A DNA stretch of 64,000 nt from Acidobacteriota bacterium (GCA_018606725.1 JAGYID010000001.1:52803-116802), one strand, 5' to 3'; positions 20,690 to 31,600 are shown, numbered from the stretch's first letter. Program-made: numbers and translations. Notes: generated by a model from the sequence alone, not told the origin.

Positions 20690-22053
20690 GTCGTCCTCTC
20701 CGCCGGCCCGTTCGCCGGCGCGTCATCCGCGGGGAGCAGGTGACCGACCGTGCGTCGCAGCGCGGACAGCCGCTGGCGCGCCAGCCGCGTCACGTCGGCC
20801 GCCTGCACGGCGAGCACGCGCTCCGGCAGGCCGAGCAGCAGCCGGTGATCGGCGACGGTTTCGAAGAAACCGATCTGGTGCGCGACGTCGGTGACGCTCT
20901 CGCAGTCGAGCGCGTAGCGGGCCAGGAACTGGTTGCGGGCGCGCTCCAGGTCGCGCTCCCCGACGTCGCCGCGCGCCAGCCGCTCGATCTCGGCGAGCAG
21001 GGCGGCCTCGACGCGCTGCGGTTCGACCCCCTCGCGGGCGGTGGCGGTCACCCGGTAAAGAAAAGGATAGGCGGTCGGGAGCAGCGTCGAAGCCACCTCG
21101 CTCGCCAGATCCCCCTCGACGAGGGCCCGGTACAGGCGCGACGACTTGCTGGGGCCGCGGCCGCGGCCCCCCGCCCAGATGTTGACCGACGGGCCGCCGA
21201 GCAGCACGCCGTCGAGCACCAGCAGCGCCGGGAACTCCTGGTCGGTCGCCGCCGGAGACGGCCAGGCGATGTCCAGGTAGACGGCCCCGGAGGGGCGGCG
21301 CACCACGACCCGGCGCTCGCCGGACTGTTCGGGCTCGACGGTGCGGATCGCCGGGATCGGCGCTCCCCGGCGGATCGGTCCGAACCATCGCCGCACCATG
21401 CGCAGCGCCTCGGCGGCGCGGAAGTCGCCCGCCAGCGCCAGGACGGCGTTGTTGGGGACGTAGTAGGCGCGGTAGTGGCGGTACAGATCGTCGCGGTCGA
21501 TCGCCTGCAGGTCGGACAGATAGCCGATCGTCGGCCAGCGGTACGGGTGGGCCTGCAGCGCCGTGCCGGTGACTTCCTTGTCGAGGAAGGATCGGGGATC
21601 GTTCTCGCCGCCCTGCAGCTCGGAGATGACCACGGTGCGCTCCCGCTCGACCTCGGTCTTCGGGTACAGGCACTCGCTCATGCGGGAGGCCTCGAGGCGG
21701 ATCATCGCCTCCATCGCCGCTTTCTGCACCGTCTCGAAATAGGTGGTGACGTCGAGGTAGGTGTAGCCGTTCCAGGTGCCGCCGGCGAGCTCGACGCGGC
21801 GCGTCACCTCGCTTTTCGGGATCGTCCGGGTCCCCTTGAAGTTCATGTGCTCGACCCAGTGCGTGATGCCGGTGAAACCGGGCCGCTCGTCGCGCGACCC
21901 GACCCTGTACCAGCACCAGATCGACACCAGCGGCGCCTGCGGCATCTCCCGCAGCAGCACCGTCAGCCCGTTGGGCAGCCGGACGCGCCGCACGCCGGAG
22001 AGGGAGGCGCCCGTCGCCCGCGACGTGACGCGGCGGCGGTTGGCCGGGCTCAT
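20686..22053 (-). CDS. M16 family zinc peptidase, catalytic subunit (HxxEH)
   Basis: MSPANRRR...LPNGLTVLLREMPQAPLVSIWCWYRVGSRDERPGFTGITHWVEHMNFKGT carries the HWVEH inverted zinc-binding motif. ATG at 22053 overlaps the MFS stop (ATGA). The 888-aa ORF in the track is a frame fusion. Confidence 0.8.
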   Translation of the reverse strand: MSPANRRRVTSRATGASLSGVRRVRLPNGLTVLLREMPQAPLVSIWCWYRVGSRDERPGFTGITHWVEHMNFKGTRTIPKSEVTRRVELAGGTWNGYTYLDVTTYFETVQKAAMEAMIRLEASRMSECLYPKTEVERERTVVISELQGGENDPRSFLDKEVTGTALQAHPYRWPTIGYLSDLQAIDRDDLYRHYRAYYVPNNAVLALAGDFRAAEALRMVRRWFGPIRRGAPIPAIRTVEPEQSGERRVVVRRPSGAVYLDIAWPSPAATDQEFPALLVLDGVLLGGPSVNIWAGGRGRGPSKSSRLYRALVEGDLASEVASTLLPTAYPFLYRVTATAREGVEPQRVEAALLAEIERLARGDVGERDLERARNQFLARYALDCESVTDVAHQIGFFETVADHRLLLGLPERVLAVQAADVTRLARQRLSALRRTVGHLLPADDAPANGPAERTT

Positions 22054-23441
22054 GCCGGCTCCCCGGGACCGGCGGGCGCGCGCGCGGCGGCGCGCGCCGG
22101 CCAGGGGTGGCGCGCCAGGAAAGCGACCTGGACGGTCAGGACGGCATAGATCAGGCCGCCGACCAGGAACGAAGCGCGCACGTCGAGCGAGGTCAGCGCC
22201 CCGCTCAGGATTGGCCCCATCGAGCCGCCGAGCATGGCGGCACTCGACAGGATGCTGTAGGCGGTCGCCCGCACCGAGGCGGGGATGACGCCGCCGCCGA
22301 TGGTGTAACCGAGCGTCGCGGCGCCGCCGACGGCCAGCCCGAGGAGGACGCGCAGAAGCAGGAACGGCGGCAGGGTGTGACAGAGGCCCATCGGCGCGAT
22401 CGCCAGCGCGCCGATCGCCAGGGACACCAAGAGCATATTCGCCGGCGGAACCCGGTGCGCCAGGCGACCCAGGAGGAACGCCGAGGCGGCGCTGGCCAGC
22501 GCCCCGGCCGAGACGACGACTCCCGTTGCGGCCTCGGCGCCGCCGGCGCCGAGCGTCAGGTGGCCGAGGTACAGCGGCACGCTCAGGAACATGGAGCGAT
22601 CGACCAGATTGATCAGAAACATCAGAGGCAGCAACGGCAGGAACATCGGCAGCAACAGGATCTGGCGCATCGACATCGGCCGCTCCGACGGGCGCGGCAG
22701 CACGGCCCGTACGCCGGCGGTCACCGGCCCCTCCTGGGTGACCACGAGCGAGCCGTCGTCGCGCTCGACCGCCTCCTTCGTGTCGCGGTACAGGAGGATC
22801 ACGAACAGCAGCGCCCCGGCGCACAAGGCGAAGGTGAGGATGAAGCTGCGCCGGATGCCGAATGCATCCGCCAAAATCCCCCCGACGAACGGGCCGATCG
22901 CGGTGCTCAGGATCTGGGTGGCCTGCAGGCGGCCGACGGCGCGCCCGATGTGATCCTGGGGACAGCCGTGGGTGACCAGGGCGATCGACATCGTCCCGAA
23001 GCCCGAGAAGATGCCGAGCAGGATGCGCAGCCCCAGGACCTGCCAGATGTTGGTGGCGAAGTACATCAATCCCCAGTGGAGCATCATGGCGACGAGCACC
23101 CGCTGCACCATGATCCGCATGCCGACCCGATCGGCGAGCCGGCCCCACACCGGGCCCAGCATCGAGGCGACGAGCGGGCTGACGGTCAGCAGCACACCCG
23201 ACCAGAGCGCGATGGCGGCCGGCTTCCGGACCCCGAGCGATTCCACGTAGAAGGGGAGGAACGGCGTGACCAGCGTGAAGCCGAGGAACACCATGCCCGC
23301 GGCGACGATCACCGCCAGCTCGTTGCGCCGCCACTGCTCGCGGGGCAGCCACCGGCGGCGCGCGCCGCCTGTTGAGGAGACTCCGGTCAAGGGATGTCCA
23401 TGGACGCGGTCCCGGTGCGTTCCGGGGTCGCCCGTCGGCAC
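22050..23441 (-). CDS. MFS transporter
   Basis: About 12 TM segments. MFS motif GRLADRVGMR between TM2 and TM3. Start is uncertain (GTG at 23441 or a downstream TTG). Confidence 0.7.
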   Translation of the reverse strand: MPTGDPGTHRDRVHGHPLTGVSSTGGARRRWLPREQWRRNELAVIVAAGMVFLGFTLVTPFLPFYVESLGVRKPAAIALWSGVLLTVSPLVASMLGPVWGRLADRVGMRIMVQRVLVAMMLHWGLMYFATNIWQVLGLRILLGIFSGFGTMSIALVTHGCPQDHIGRAVGRLQATQILSTAIGPFVGGILADAFGIRRSFILTFALCAGALLFVILLYRDTKEAVERDDGSLVVTQEGPVTAGVRAVLPRPSERPMSMRQILLLPMFLPLLPLMFLINLVDRSMFLSVPLYLGHLTLGAGGAEAATGVVVSAGALASAASAFLLGRLAHRVPPANMLLVSLAIGALAIAPMGLCHTLPPFLLLRVLLGLAVGGAATLGYTIGGGVIPASVRATAYSILSSAAMLGGSMGPILSGALTSLDVRASFLVGGLIYAVLTVQVAFLARHPWPARAAARAPAGPGEPA

Positions 23442-23531
23442 GGGACCATGATGTTATTACAGCGCCGGGGTCACGTACAATGCGCGGTCGGTGCGAGCGC
23501 CTGCGCTGCGCCGGCGGACCGGAGGGTGAGG

Positions 23532-24611
23532 GTGGTGGGAGGAGGAGCGGAGCGGCGGCCCGTCGGCGGCTACGTGCCGCTGGTCGAGGCCTGGCGGGGC
23601 GACATGGTGGAATCGGTCCACTTCGGGGCGATCGCCGTGGTCGACCCGGAGGGCGGCCTGCGGCACCACGCCGGCGACCCCGAGACGCCGATCTACCTGC
23701 GCTCGATCGCCAAACCGGCGCAGGCGCTGCCGCTGTTGATGTCGGGCGCGGCCGGGCGCTTCGGCCTCACCGCCGCGGAACTCGCGGTGATCATCGGATC
23801 GCACAACGGCGAGACCGTGCACCTCGAAGCGGTGCGCTCGATCCTGGGGAAGATCGGTCTGGGAGAGGACGCGCTGCTGTGCGGCGCGCACGCGCCGTAC
23901 CACAAGCCGACGGCGAACGATCTCCGCCGCCGGGGCATCGCCCCGTCGGTCCTTCACAACAACTGCTCCGGCAAGCACGCCGGCATGCTGGCCCTGGCGA
24001 TCCACCTGGGCGCGCCGACCGGCACGTACCTCGAGCCTGACCACCCGGTGCAGGTGCGGATTCGCGCGGCCATCGAGATGCTCGCCGGGTTGCCGCCGGG
24101 AGGGGCGCGCCTGGCAACTGATGGCTGTTCGGCCCCGACTTTCGGCATGCCGCTGCGTGCGGCGGCGCTCCTGTATGCCCGGCTCGTCGCGGCGGCGGGC
24201 GGCGCGCTCCTGGACCCGGGCGCGCGCGGCGCGGCCGCCACAGCCGAGCTGGCGTCGGCCGCGCGGCGGGCCATCGAAGCGATGCGCCGCCACCCGGAGA
24301 TGATCGCCGGCGACGACCGGCTGTGCACCGCCTTGATCCGCCTCGGTCGCCACGGCCTGGTCGCCAAGATTGGTGCCGAGGGGGTCTACGGGCTGGGCTT
24401 CGCGTCGGACGGTAAGCCGCTCGGCTTGGCGCTCAAGATCGCCGACGGGGAGGGGCACCGGTCCCGGACCACCGCAGTGGTCGAGGCGCTGCGCCAGCTC
24501 GGCGTCCTCGAAGAGGACGAGGCGCGCAGGATCGCCGGGCAGTTCGTGGGTGACCTGCGTAATCGCCGCGGCCTGGTGGTGGGCCGGGTGCAGCCGGTCT
24601 TCGTGCTATAA
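23532..24611 (+). CDS. Asparaginase II family protein (PF06089-like)
   Basis: MVESVHFGAIAVVDPEGG...RSIAKPAQALPLL...DGCSAPTFGMPL matches asparaginase II. A GTG start at 23532 with SD ggaggg is proposed; the ORF track begins at 23394, which would overlap the divergent MFS gene. Confidence 0.65.
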   Translation: MVGGGAERRPVGGYVPLVEAWRGDMVESVHFGAIAVVDPEGGLRHHAGDPETPIYLRSIAKPAQALPLLMSGAAGRFGLTAAELAVIIGSHNGETVHLEAVRSILGKIGLGEDALLCGAHAPYHKPTANDLRRRGIAPSVLHNNCSGKHAGMLALAIHLGAPTGTYLEPDHPVQVRIRAAIEMLAGLPPGGARLATDGCSAPTFGMPLRAAALLYARLVAAAGGALLDPGARGAAATAELASAARRAIEAMRRHPEMIAGDDRLCTALIRLGRHGLVAKIGAEGVYGLGFASDGKPLGLALKIADGEGHRSRTTAVVEALRQLGVLEEDEARRIAGQFVGDLRNRRGLVVGRVQPVFVL

Positions 24612-24670
24612 TTCACGGCCTCAATGACATCGCCAAGGCCACACCGATCCCTGCCAGGCACCGGACGATC

Positions 24671-24994
24671 ATGAATTCACTCGTCCACGTGGATGACAGC
24701 AACTTCGACGCCGAGGTCCTCGGGTCCAGCCTGCCAGTGTTGCTCGATTTCTCCGCCGAGTGGTGCGGGCCGTGCAAGCGGCTCGAGCCGGTCGTCGAGG
24801 AGGTGGCGGGCGAATATCAGGGCCGCCTCAAGGTCGCGCATCTGGACATCGATCGTGCCCAGGCGACGGCGGTGAAGTACGGCATCATGTCGGTCCCGAC
24901 CATCCTGTTCTTCAAGGAAGGGAAGGTTCGCGACCAGGTTCTGGGGTACGTCCCCAAGGAGAAGCTGGTCGAGAAGATCAGCCTCCTCCTGTAA
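24671..24994 (+). CDS. trxA: Thioredoxin
   Basis: WCGPCK active site. 107 aa. Classic TrxA length and pattern. Confidence 0.92.
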   Translation: MNSLVHVDDSNFDAEVLGSSLPVLLDFSAEWCGPCKRLEPVVEEVAGEYQGRLKVAHLDIDRAQATAVKYGIMSVPTILFFKEGKVRDQVLGYVPKEKLVEKISLLL

Positions 24995-25006
24995 CGGCGC
25001 CCTCCC

Positions 25007-25618
25007 TTGACGTCATCCGCTCCGCTCCGCATCGCTCCTCGCCACGGCCACCCGGTGGCCAAGTGCACCGCCCTCGTCGTCGCTCTCGCCGGAGTGGTTG
25101 CTCTGCTTGCCGGGGCGCCGCAGGGCCTGGCGCAACGCAAGCCCGGCATCGAGCCTTCGATCGGGATCAAGGTCGGCAACATAGCGGCTGACATCGCGTT
25201 GAAGGACCTCAATGACAAGCCTTTCAGCTTGAAGGACCAGCGGGGGCGTGCCGTCGTGCAGGTCGTCTTCTGGGCCACCTGGTGCGTGCCGTGCCTGCAA
25301 GAGATCCCGACCCTGCGCAATGCCTACGACAAGTTCCGGGACCGCGGCTTCGAGATCTACGGTGTCGTCATCAATATGAACCAGGATCCGAAGATGGTGC
25401 GGACGATCGCCGGAGAGATGAGAGTGAATTATCCAATCCTCTGGGACGAAAAGGACGCGGCCCGCGCCCGTTACCGGGTCGACTCGATCCCGCAGAATTT
25501 TCTGGTCGGCAAGGACGGCGTCATCCGCTACACCGGCATCGAGCTGCCCGGTGACTACGAGGCGCTCGTCGACAGCCTGCTCAACGAGAAGGTCGCCACA
25601 CCGCCAACCGGACGTTGA
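25007..25618 (+). CDS. TlpA-like thiol:disulfide oxidoreductase (redoxin), secreted
   Basis: Signal peptide followed by a WATWCVPC active site and a redoxin fold pattern. Confidence 0.8.
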   Translation: MTSSAPLRIAPRHGHPVAKCTALVVALAGVVALLAGAPQGLAQRKPGIEPSIGIKVGNIAADIALKDLNDKPFSLKDQRGRAVVQVVFWATWCVPCLQEIPTLRNAYDKFRDRGFEIYGVVINMNQDPKMVRTIAGEMRVNYPILWDEKDAARARYRVDSIPQNFLVGKDGVIRYTGIELPGDYEALVDSLLNEKVATPPTGR

Positions 25619-25795
25619 CGCCGGCGGCGATCCCCTCCGCCCCAACCCACCGGACGCCGTGCCCCGGGCGACCGGGCCATTCTGCTGTCGGCGAAGGCCG
25701 CGCCATCCCGTCGCCCGGGAGACCGCGCCGGGGGCCCCGCCGGCCGGCATCGCATTGACGATGGCAGATCCGGAGACTAAGATGACCCCGATGAG

Positions 25796-27115
25796 GTGCG
25801 CCGTTTGCGGGCTCTGCAACCGATAAGACGCGAGAAGGCGATCCTCGTCGGCCTCTGCAGCCGCCGGGGCAACCGCAGCGAAGTCGAGGAGCATCTCGAG
25901 GAACTGGGACGCCTCGCCGAGACCGCGGGAGCCGAGGTCGTCGGCACGGTCCTGCAGGATCGCGGCCCCGCCCACCCCGCCACCCTGGTACGCCAGGGCA
26001 AGGTGCAGGAGCTGGCGACGCTGGCGCAGGAGCACCGGGCCAACCTGGCGGTCTTCGACGAAGATCTGTCGCCGGCCCAGGTCAGGAATCTCGAGAAGGC
26101 GGTGTCAGTCAAGATCCTCGACCGTTCGGGGCTGATCCTCGATATCTTCGCCCGGCGCGCCCGGAGTCGCGAGGCGCGCACCCAGGTCGAGCTGGCCCAG
26201 TTACGCTACCTGCTGCCCCGGCTGACGCGGCAGTGGGGTCACCTGTCGCGGCAGGAAGGCGGCATCGGTCAGCGCGGCGTCGGCGAAACCCAGCTCGAAA
26301 TCGACCGCCGATTGATCCGGCGCCGGATCGCGCGTCTCGCCACCGATCTGAAGACCATCGAGACGGATCGGCAGGAACGGCGCAAGCGCCGCTCCGGAGA
26401 GCGTCGCGTCGCCCTGGTCGGGTACACCAACGCCGGCAAGTCGACGATCATGAATCTGCTGACCGGTGCCGGCACGCTCGTGGAGGATCGCCTGTTCGCG
26501 ACCCTCGATTCACTGGTGCGCCGCAGCGACCGCGCCGGGCGGCCGCCGTTCCTGGTCGTCGACACGGTCGGGTTCATCCGCAAGCTGCCGCACCACCTGG
26601 TCGCCTCGTTCCGTAGCACCCTCGAGGAGGCGGCGAGCGCCGACCTGCTGGTCGAGGTCGTGGACGCCTCGTCGCCGGCGCTCGACGACCACCGGCGGCG
26701 CGTGCAGGCGACGCTGGAGGATCTCAATCTCGCGGACCGGCCGCGCCTGGTCGTGTTCAACAAGATCGATGCGGTCGCGCCGGGCACGCTCGACAGCCTG
26801 CAGGCGGATCATCCGGAGGCCGTGTTCATCACCGCCCTCGACCCGACCACGGCCGAACCGCTGGCGGAGAAGCTCCTGGCCGCCCTCGGGGAGCCGCTGG
26901 TGGAGCAGACGATGTTGATCCCGGCGGACCGCAGTCACCTGCTGGCGCGTTTCGCGCGGGTCGTGCAGGTGTTGCGCAGCGCCTGGCTTGACGGGCATCT
27001 CGAGGTGCGCCTGCGCGGACGTCGCCGCGACCTGGCGGATCTGGCGCTGCAGGCGGCCGCCACCTCCGCCGCTGCGGAGCCGGATCTGGAAGGGGCGCTG
27101 CGGGGGAACGCATGA
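25796..27115 (+). CDS. hflX: GTPase HflX
   Basis: HflX N-domain (EKAILVGL...), G-domain [20 protein letters not shown]. Confidence 0.85.
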   Translation: MRRLRALQPIRREKAILVGLCSRRGNRSEVEEHLEELGRLAETAGAEVVGTVLQDRGPAHPATLVRQGKVQELATLAQEHRANLAVFDEDLSPAQVRNLEKAVSVKILDRSGLILDIFARRARSREARTQVELAQLRYLLPRLTRQWGHLSRQEGGIGQRGVGETQLEIDRRLIRRRIARLATDLKTIETDRQERRKRRSGERRVALVGYTNAGKSTIMNLLTGAGTLVEDRLFATLDSLVRRSDRAGRPPFLVVDTVGFIRKLPHHLVASFRSTLEEAASADLLVEVVDASSPALDDHRRRVQATLEDLNLADRPRLVVFNKIDAVAPGTLDSLQADHPEAVFITALDPTTAEPLAEKLLAALGEPLVEQTMLIPADRSHLLARFARVVQVLRSAWLDGHLEVRLRGRRRDLADLALQAAATSAAAEPDLEGALRGNA

Positions 27116-28320
27116 GGAGACGGCCGGTGAGGGAAGGACGCGGCCGCGGCCAGACGAAGGTCCGGGTCGGTGTCATTTTCGGCGGGCGCTCGGTGGAACA
27201 CGAGGTGTCGCTGCGTTCGGCGCGCGCCGTCATGGAGGCGCTCGATCCGCAGCGCTACGAGGTCGTCCCGATCGGCATCACCAAGAAGGGGCGCTGGGTG
27301 CTGGGAGGCACGCCTCACGCGCTGCCGGCCGACCCGTCGACCCGCCGGCTCGTGCCGCTGCGCGATGGCGGCGGCATTCCGGCGGGTCCGCTCGCCAGGC
27401 TGACCACCTGGGTCCCCGGCGGTCCGGCGCGGGCCGGCGGCCGGCTGTCAGGGACGCGCCGCGGCGGCCCGGGCGCGATCGACGTCGTCTTTCCGGTCGT
27501 GCACGGCACCGGCGGCGAAGACGGCGCGCTGCAGGGTCTTCTGGAGCTGGCCGACATTCCCTACGTCGGCGCCGGCGTGCTCGGCTCGGCGCTGGGCATG
27601 GACAAGGCGGCAATGAAGTCGATGTTCCGCGACGCCGGATTGCCGATCGTCGACTACCGGGTGGTCCTCCGCGGCGACCTCGAAGCCGGCCCGGAGAGCG
27701 TCGCCTCGCACCTCGAGGACGCGCTCGGGTACCCGTGCTTCGTCAAGCCGGCCAACGGCGGCAGTTCGGTCGGCGTCAGCAAGGCCAAGGACCGCCGGAG
27801 TCTTGCCGACGGGCTGCGCCTGGCGGCGCGCTACGACCGCAAGATTGTCGTCGAGCGGGGGATCGAGGCGCGCGAGATCGAGTGCAGCGTTCTCGGCAAT
27901 GATGATCCGCAGGCTTCGGTTCCGGGCGAGATCGTCCCGGCGCACGAATTCTACGATTACGAGGCGAAGTATCTCGACTCCGGGTCGCGGCTGATCATCC
28001 CGGCGGCGCTGAGCCCGGCCCAGGAGCGCCTGGTACGGGACCTGGCGGTGCGTGCCTTCAAGGCTCTCGACCTGGCGGGCATGGCGCGGGTAGACTTCTT
28101 CCTCGACCGGAACACGGAGGCGGTCTTCGTCAACGAGCTCAACACCATCCCCGGCTTCACCCAGATCAGCATGTACGCCAAGATGTGGGAGGCGACCGGG
28201 CTGTCGTTTTCGAGGCTCGTGGACCGGCTCATCGAACTGGCGTTCGAGCGCCACGCGGAGAAGAAGACGCTGATCACGACATATCGTCCCGGGCCGAATG
28301 GCGCCGGCCACGGGCGCTGA
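27112..28320 (+). CDS. ddl: D-alanine--D-alanine ligase
   Basis: [21 protein letters not shown]...[40 protein letters not shown], an ATP-grasp C-terminus. Start overlaps the hflX stop (ATGA). Confidence 0.85.
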   Translation: MRRRPVREGRGRGQTKVRVGVIFGGRSVEHEVSLRSARAVMEALDPQRYEVVPIGITKKGRWVLGGTPHALPADPSTRRLVPLRDGGGIPAGPLARLTTWVPGGPARAGGRLSGTRRGGPGAIDVVFPVVHGTGGEDGALQGLLELADIPYVGAGVLGSALGMDKAAMKSMFRDAGLPIVDYRVVLRGDLEAGPESVASHLEDALGYPCFVKPANGGSSVGVSKAKDRRSLADGLRLAARYDRKIVVERGIEAREIECSVLGNDDPQASVPGEIVPAHEFYDYEAKYLDSGSRLIIPAALSPAQERLVRDLAVRAFKALDLAGMARVDFFLDRNTEAVFVNELNTIPGFTQISMYAKMWEATGLSFSRLVDRLIELAFERHAEKKTLITTYRPGPNGAGHGR

Positions 28321-28328
28321 GTGCGACG

Positions 28329-28919
28329 ATGCTCGATTCCAATGTCCTCGTCCTGAATCGGTTGTTTCAGGCGATCCAGGTCACCACCGTCCGCAAGGCC
28401 TTCTGCCTGCTGTACAAGGGTCAGGTGCGTGCGGTCGCTCCCGACTACCGCACCTATGACTGGGAGGACTGGGTCGACATCCCGCCGCAACCCGAAGACG
28501 AGGCGATCGTCACGCCGACCCTGCGGGTCCGCATCCCGCGGGTCATCCTGCTGCTGGAATACGATCGGCTGCCGCGCCACGACGTGCGTTTCACCCGGAA
28601 GAACATTTTCTATCGCGACCGCAACCGCTGCCAGTATTGCGGTCAGAAGTTCCAGACGCGCGACCTCAACCTGGACCATGTGGTGCCGCTGTCGCGCGGC
28701 GGCAAGTCGACGTGGGAAAACGTCGTGTGTTGCTGCGTGAGGTGCAACTCGCGCAAGGGGGGACACATGCCGGATGAGGCCGGCATGCATCTCATTCGCC
28801 TGCCGGCGCGCCCGCGCTGGCATCCGCTGGTCAAGATCTCGTTCACCTCCGGGCGCTACCAGGCCTGGAGGAACTTCCTGGATCTCGCCTACTGGAACGC
28901 CGAGCTGCACGAGGACTAG
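28329..28919 (+). CDS. HNH endonuclease family protein
   Basis: CQYCGQ...LNLDHVVPLSRGGKSTWENVVCCCVRCNSRKG forms an HNH/zinc-finger motif. ATG at 28329. Confidence 0.75.
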   Translation: MLDSNVLVLNRLFQAIQVTTVRKAFCLLYKGQVRAVAPDYRTYDWEDWVDIPPQPEDEAIVTPTLRVRIPRVILLLEYDRLPRHDVRFTRKNIFYRDRNRCQYCGQKFQTRDLNLDHVVPLSRGGKSTWENVVCCCVRCNSRKGGHMPDEAGMHLIRLPARPRWHPLVKISFTSGRYQAWRNFLDLAYWNAELHED

Positions 28920-28953
28920 AGTCCTCGCAGGCCTCGCAGAGGGAACGCCCCAC

Positions 28954-29691
28954 GTGTCCTACTACCCCCCGCAACAGAGCCATCAGGTCGGTCTCGGCGG
29001 CCGCATCACGCCCGGCGTCAAGGGCCTGCTGATCGCCAACGTCGGGGTGTTCATCTTCCAGGTGCTGGCGATGCGTCTCGCCGACTCGCCGATCGAGCCG
29101 ATCTTCTGGCTGCGGCCGGAGGACGCCGTCGGGAAGCTTCTGCGGCCGCATGACCCGGACGGGGGCGTGATGCTGTGGCAGCTCGTCACCTACATGTTCC
29201 TCCATTCGACCTACTGGCTCGGCCATCTGCTGCTCAACATGCTCATGTTGTGGATGTTCGGCACCGAGGTGGAGCGCGCCTGGGGGACCCGCCGGTTCAT
29301 CCGCTACTACTTCATCTGCGGGATCGGCGCCGCGATCACGACCTGCCTGACCTTCTGGGACAGCAAGACGATCGGCGCCTCCGGCGCCGTGTTCGGGGTC
29401 ATGCTGGCCTACGCCATGATGTTCCCGAACCGGGTCATCTATCTCTGGTATCTGTTCCCGATGCAGGCGCGCTCCTTCATCCTGATCTGCACCGGGATCG
29501 AGTTGTTCTCGCTGTTCGGGCTCCAGGACGGGGTCGCCCATATCGCCCATCTGGGGGGGATGCTTTTCGGCTACTTGTACCTGAAGCGCGCCTGGCGCAT
29601 TGGCCCGTTCGTGGGCGAGCTCCGCTGGCGCCTGCGCCGCCGGCGCTTCAAAGTGCTACCCCGCGACGACGATCGTTATCCGTTTCACTGA
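28954..29691 (+). CDS. Rhomboid family intramembrane serine protease
   Basis: Catalytic GASGAVFG and the downstream AHLGGMLFG are present in multiple TM helices. A GTG start at 28954 is inferred; the ORF track begins at 28774 in the HNH-overlapping region. Confidence 0.75.
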   Translation: MSYYPPQQSHQVGLGGRITPGVKGLLIANVGVFIFQVLAMRLADSPIEPIFWLRPEDAVGKLLRPHDPDGGVMLWQLVTYMFLHSTYWLGHLLLNMLMLWMFGTEVERAWGTRRFIRYYFICGIGAAITTCLTFWDSKTIGASGAVFGVMLAYAMMFPNRVIYLWYLFPMQARSFILICTGIELFSLFGLQDGVAHIAHLGGMLFGYLYLKRAWRIGPFVGELRWRLRRRRFKVLPRDDDRYPFH

Positions 29692-29729
29692 CACGATTGG
29701 CAGGTCCGGCGGTGAGTCCTGACGCGCTG

Positions 29730-30677
29730 TCAGTTGCAAATCTGCGCGAGGGCCGCATTCGCGGTCAGTTCGCCGAAATGCGGTGGCGTCGACGAAGGGA
29801 GGTCGACGCTCTTGATCAGGTTGGTCGCGCCGTTGGTGAAGCGGTAAATCAACAAGTTCGTTCCGTCACTGTCGGGGGCGATAATGACGATCCGCGCGCA
29901 ACCCCGCTGCGATCCCACGCCCCAAACGGTGGCCTTTTTGCTGTTGTTGTTGGGATGTACCGGACTATCCGATACGCTGTCCACCACAGCGGAGCCCGGA
30001 TCGCGCAGCCGGTCGGGGGTTGCAGGCCTCGCCCCGCCCCCCCGAAGAGCGGTCACATCAGCCGGAGCACCACGATCATCCGCTTCCAGGGAAGGTCTCC
30101 ACGCACCCGGCAACAGCATGGCCTTCGGGGCCGCAATCAGGCGTCCGGCGCCGAGCTCCAGGGGCGCGGCCATATATTTTGAGTCGCTGAGCCAGAACAC
30201 CCAGGCGCCGCTCCGACTGTTGGCGATGCGCGGTTCGATATCATCGCCGCGCCCGAAACTGAGGTAATGCATATTGGTCCAGACGCCCCCCTCGAAGCGA
30301 CTGCAGGTGATTTTCTGGTACACGCCATCCCAGCGTGACCAGACCAGGGCGACTGCACGACCGCGATGGTCGATGCTCAGTCGCGGGGTTCGATCGGGGG
30401 CGGCGTCTTCCGTTCCGGCGACGATACCGCTGACCGAGCCGGCGGCGTCGGTCAGGTCGTAGGCGAGATGCCACGAGGGTTCTGCGTCCGAATCCTTCAT
30501 GTAGCGGGTGCGCACTTCCCATACCCGCAGAACGGCGCCGGAAGGAAGCGTCAGCGAATCGCCCATCAGTCCCGGGACAGTCGGAGCGGCCCGCAGAACG
30601 GCCGCGGGGATCGCCGACAGCCAGGCAACCGCCGCCCATCCCAGAATTCGCCCGACGCGCTGCCGCATGAGTCTCAT
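29730..30677 (-). CDS. Secreted hypothetical protein
   Basis: N-terminal signal peptide (GWAAVAWLSAIPAAVLRAAP). No recognisable domain. Lies immediately downstream of the TPR/XRE pair. Confidence 0.5.
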   Translation of the reverse strand: MRLMRQRVGRILGWAAVAWLSAIPAAVLRAAPTVPGLMGDSLTLPSGAVLRVWEVRTRYMKDSDAEPSWHLAYDLTDAAGSVSGIVAGTEDAAPDRTPRLSIDHRGRAVALVWSRWDGVYQKITCSRFEGGVWTNMHYLSFGRGDDIEPRIANSRSGAWVFWLSDSKYMAAPLELGAGRLIAAPKAMLLPGAWRPSLEADDRGAPADVTALRGGGARPATPDRLRDPGSAVVDSVSDSPVHPNNNSKKATVWGVGSQRGCARIVIIAPDSDGTNLLIYRFTNGATNLIKSVDLPSSTPPHFGELTANAALAQICN

Positions 30678-30679
30678 CC

Positions 30680-31600
30680 TCAGAATGTATTCTTGAGATT
30701 GATGATGTTGCTAACGTCGAAGGTGCGCAGAAACTGCCTCAACACCGCGAGTTGCGGGTACAACTCCTGCAGCTTGCCGAAATAGTAGTCGCTCTTGTCG
30801 TCCTCGCCCTGGAGCAGGCAAATTTCGCCAAGCAGGTAGTAGCAGTTCTTGACGATGTCGTTGTAGCCCTTCTCGGTCGCCATGGTGAGCGCGCGCTCGC
30901 CGTATTCCCGGGCGGGCTCCAACTCCTTGAGCTGCATGTAACCAAAGCATAAATCCTGGCAGCACTCGACGACGCACCGGGCGTTTTCGTTGCCTTCGGC
31001 GATTTGCATCGACTCCAGTATGATCGTGATCCCCTGCCGGTACTGCTTCTTCAGGAGCAGACAGTAACCGACGTTCTCGCGGACATAGTCGATTTCGGGA
31101 GCGGTGCCGATCCCCGCCTCCTCCCCGAGCCGCATTCCCTCCTTGTACTCGCGCATCGCGTCATCCGGGTAGCTCATGTCCCGGAGAATGTTGCCGAGCA
31201 GGTTGTGGCACGTCGCCCTCCAGGCGACATTGTCGACCAACTCGGTTGCACGCATGGCTTTCCTGGCATAGAACAGCGCCTTGGTCAGCTTGTTCTGGCG
31301 GCGCAGCGCGCTGGCCAGGTTGTAGGACGCGGCGAAGACGATACGTGGATTGCGAGCTTTCAGGAGAATTGCGCGCAAGCCCTCCTCCGCTTGCGCGATC
31401 TCGCCGGCCATCAGGTGACTGGTGCTGATGTTGCAGACGGCGCGGAAGATCAAGGTCTCATCCTGGAGTTCCTCGCCGATCCTGCGGGTCTCCTGAAAAA
31501 GTTCCAATGAACGGCGAAGCTCGCCCCGACGTTCGAGCTGTTCCGCCTGCTCGGCGAGCTGGTTGTAGCGCGCGACGGCGTCGTTGTCGGGAGCGCTCAA
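30680..31600 (-). CDS. TPR-repeat protein (Rap/NprR-like all-TPR architecture)
   Basis: Multiple TPR-like helical repeats throughout. Lower GC than the flanks. 4-nt overlap with the upstream XRE gene. Confidence 0.65.
   Translation of the reverse strand: MSAPDNDAVARYNQLAEQAEQLERRGELRRSLELFQETRRIGEELQDETLIFRAVCNISTSHLMAGEIAQAEEGLRAILLKARNPRIVFAASYNLASALRRQNKLTKALFYARKAMRATELVDNVAWRATCHNLLGNILRDMSYPDDAMREYKEGMRLGEEAGIGTAPEIDYVRENVGYCLLLKKQYRQGITIILESMQIAEGNENARCVVECCQDLCFGYMQLKELEPAREYGERALTMATEKGYNDIVKNCYYLLGEICLLQGEDDKSDYYFGKLQELYPQLAVLRQFLRTFDVSNIINLKNTF

Noticed and set aside
20686-23352. 888-aa ORF suggesting a single giant protein
   Set aside because: The upstream part is an out-of-frame read-through across the MFS transporter gene. 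The M16 peptidase begins at the ATG at 22053 (MSPANRRR), and that ATG overlaps the MFS stop.
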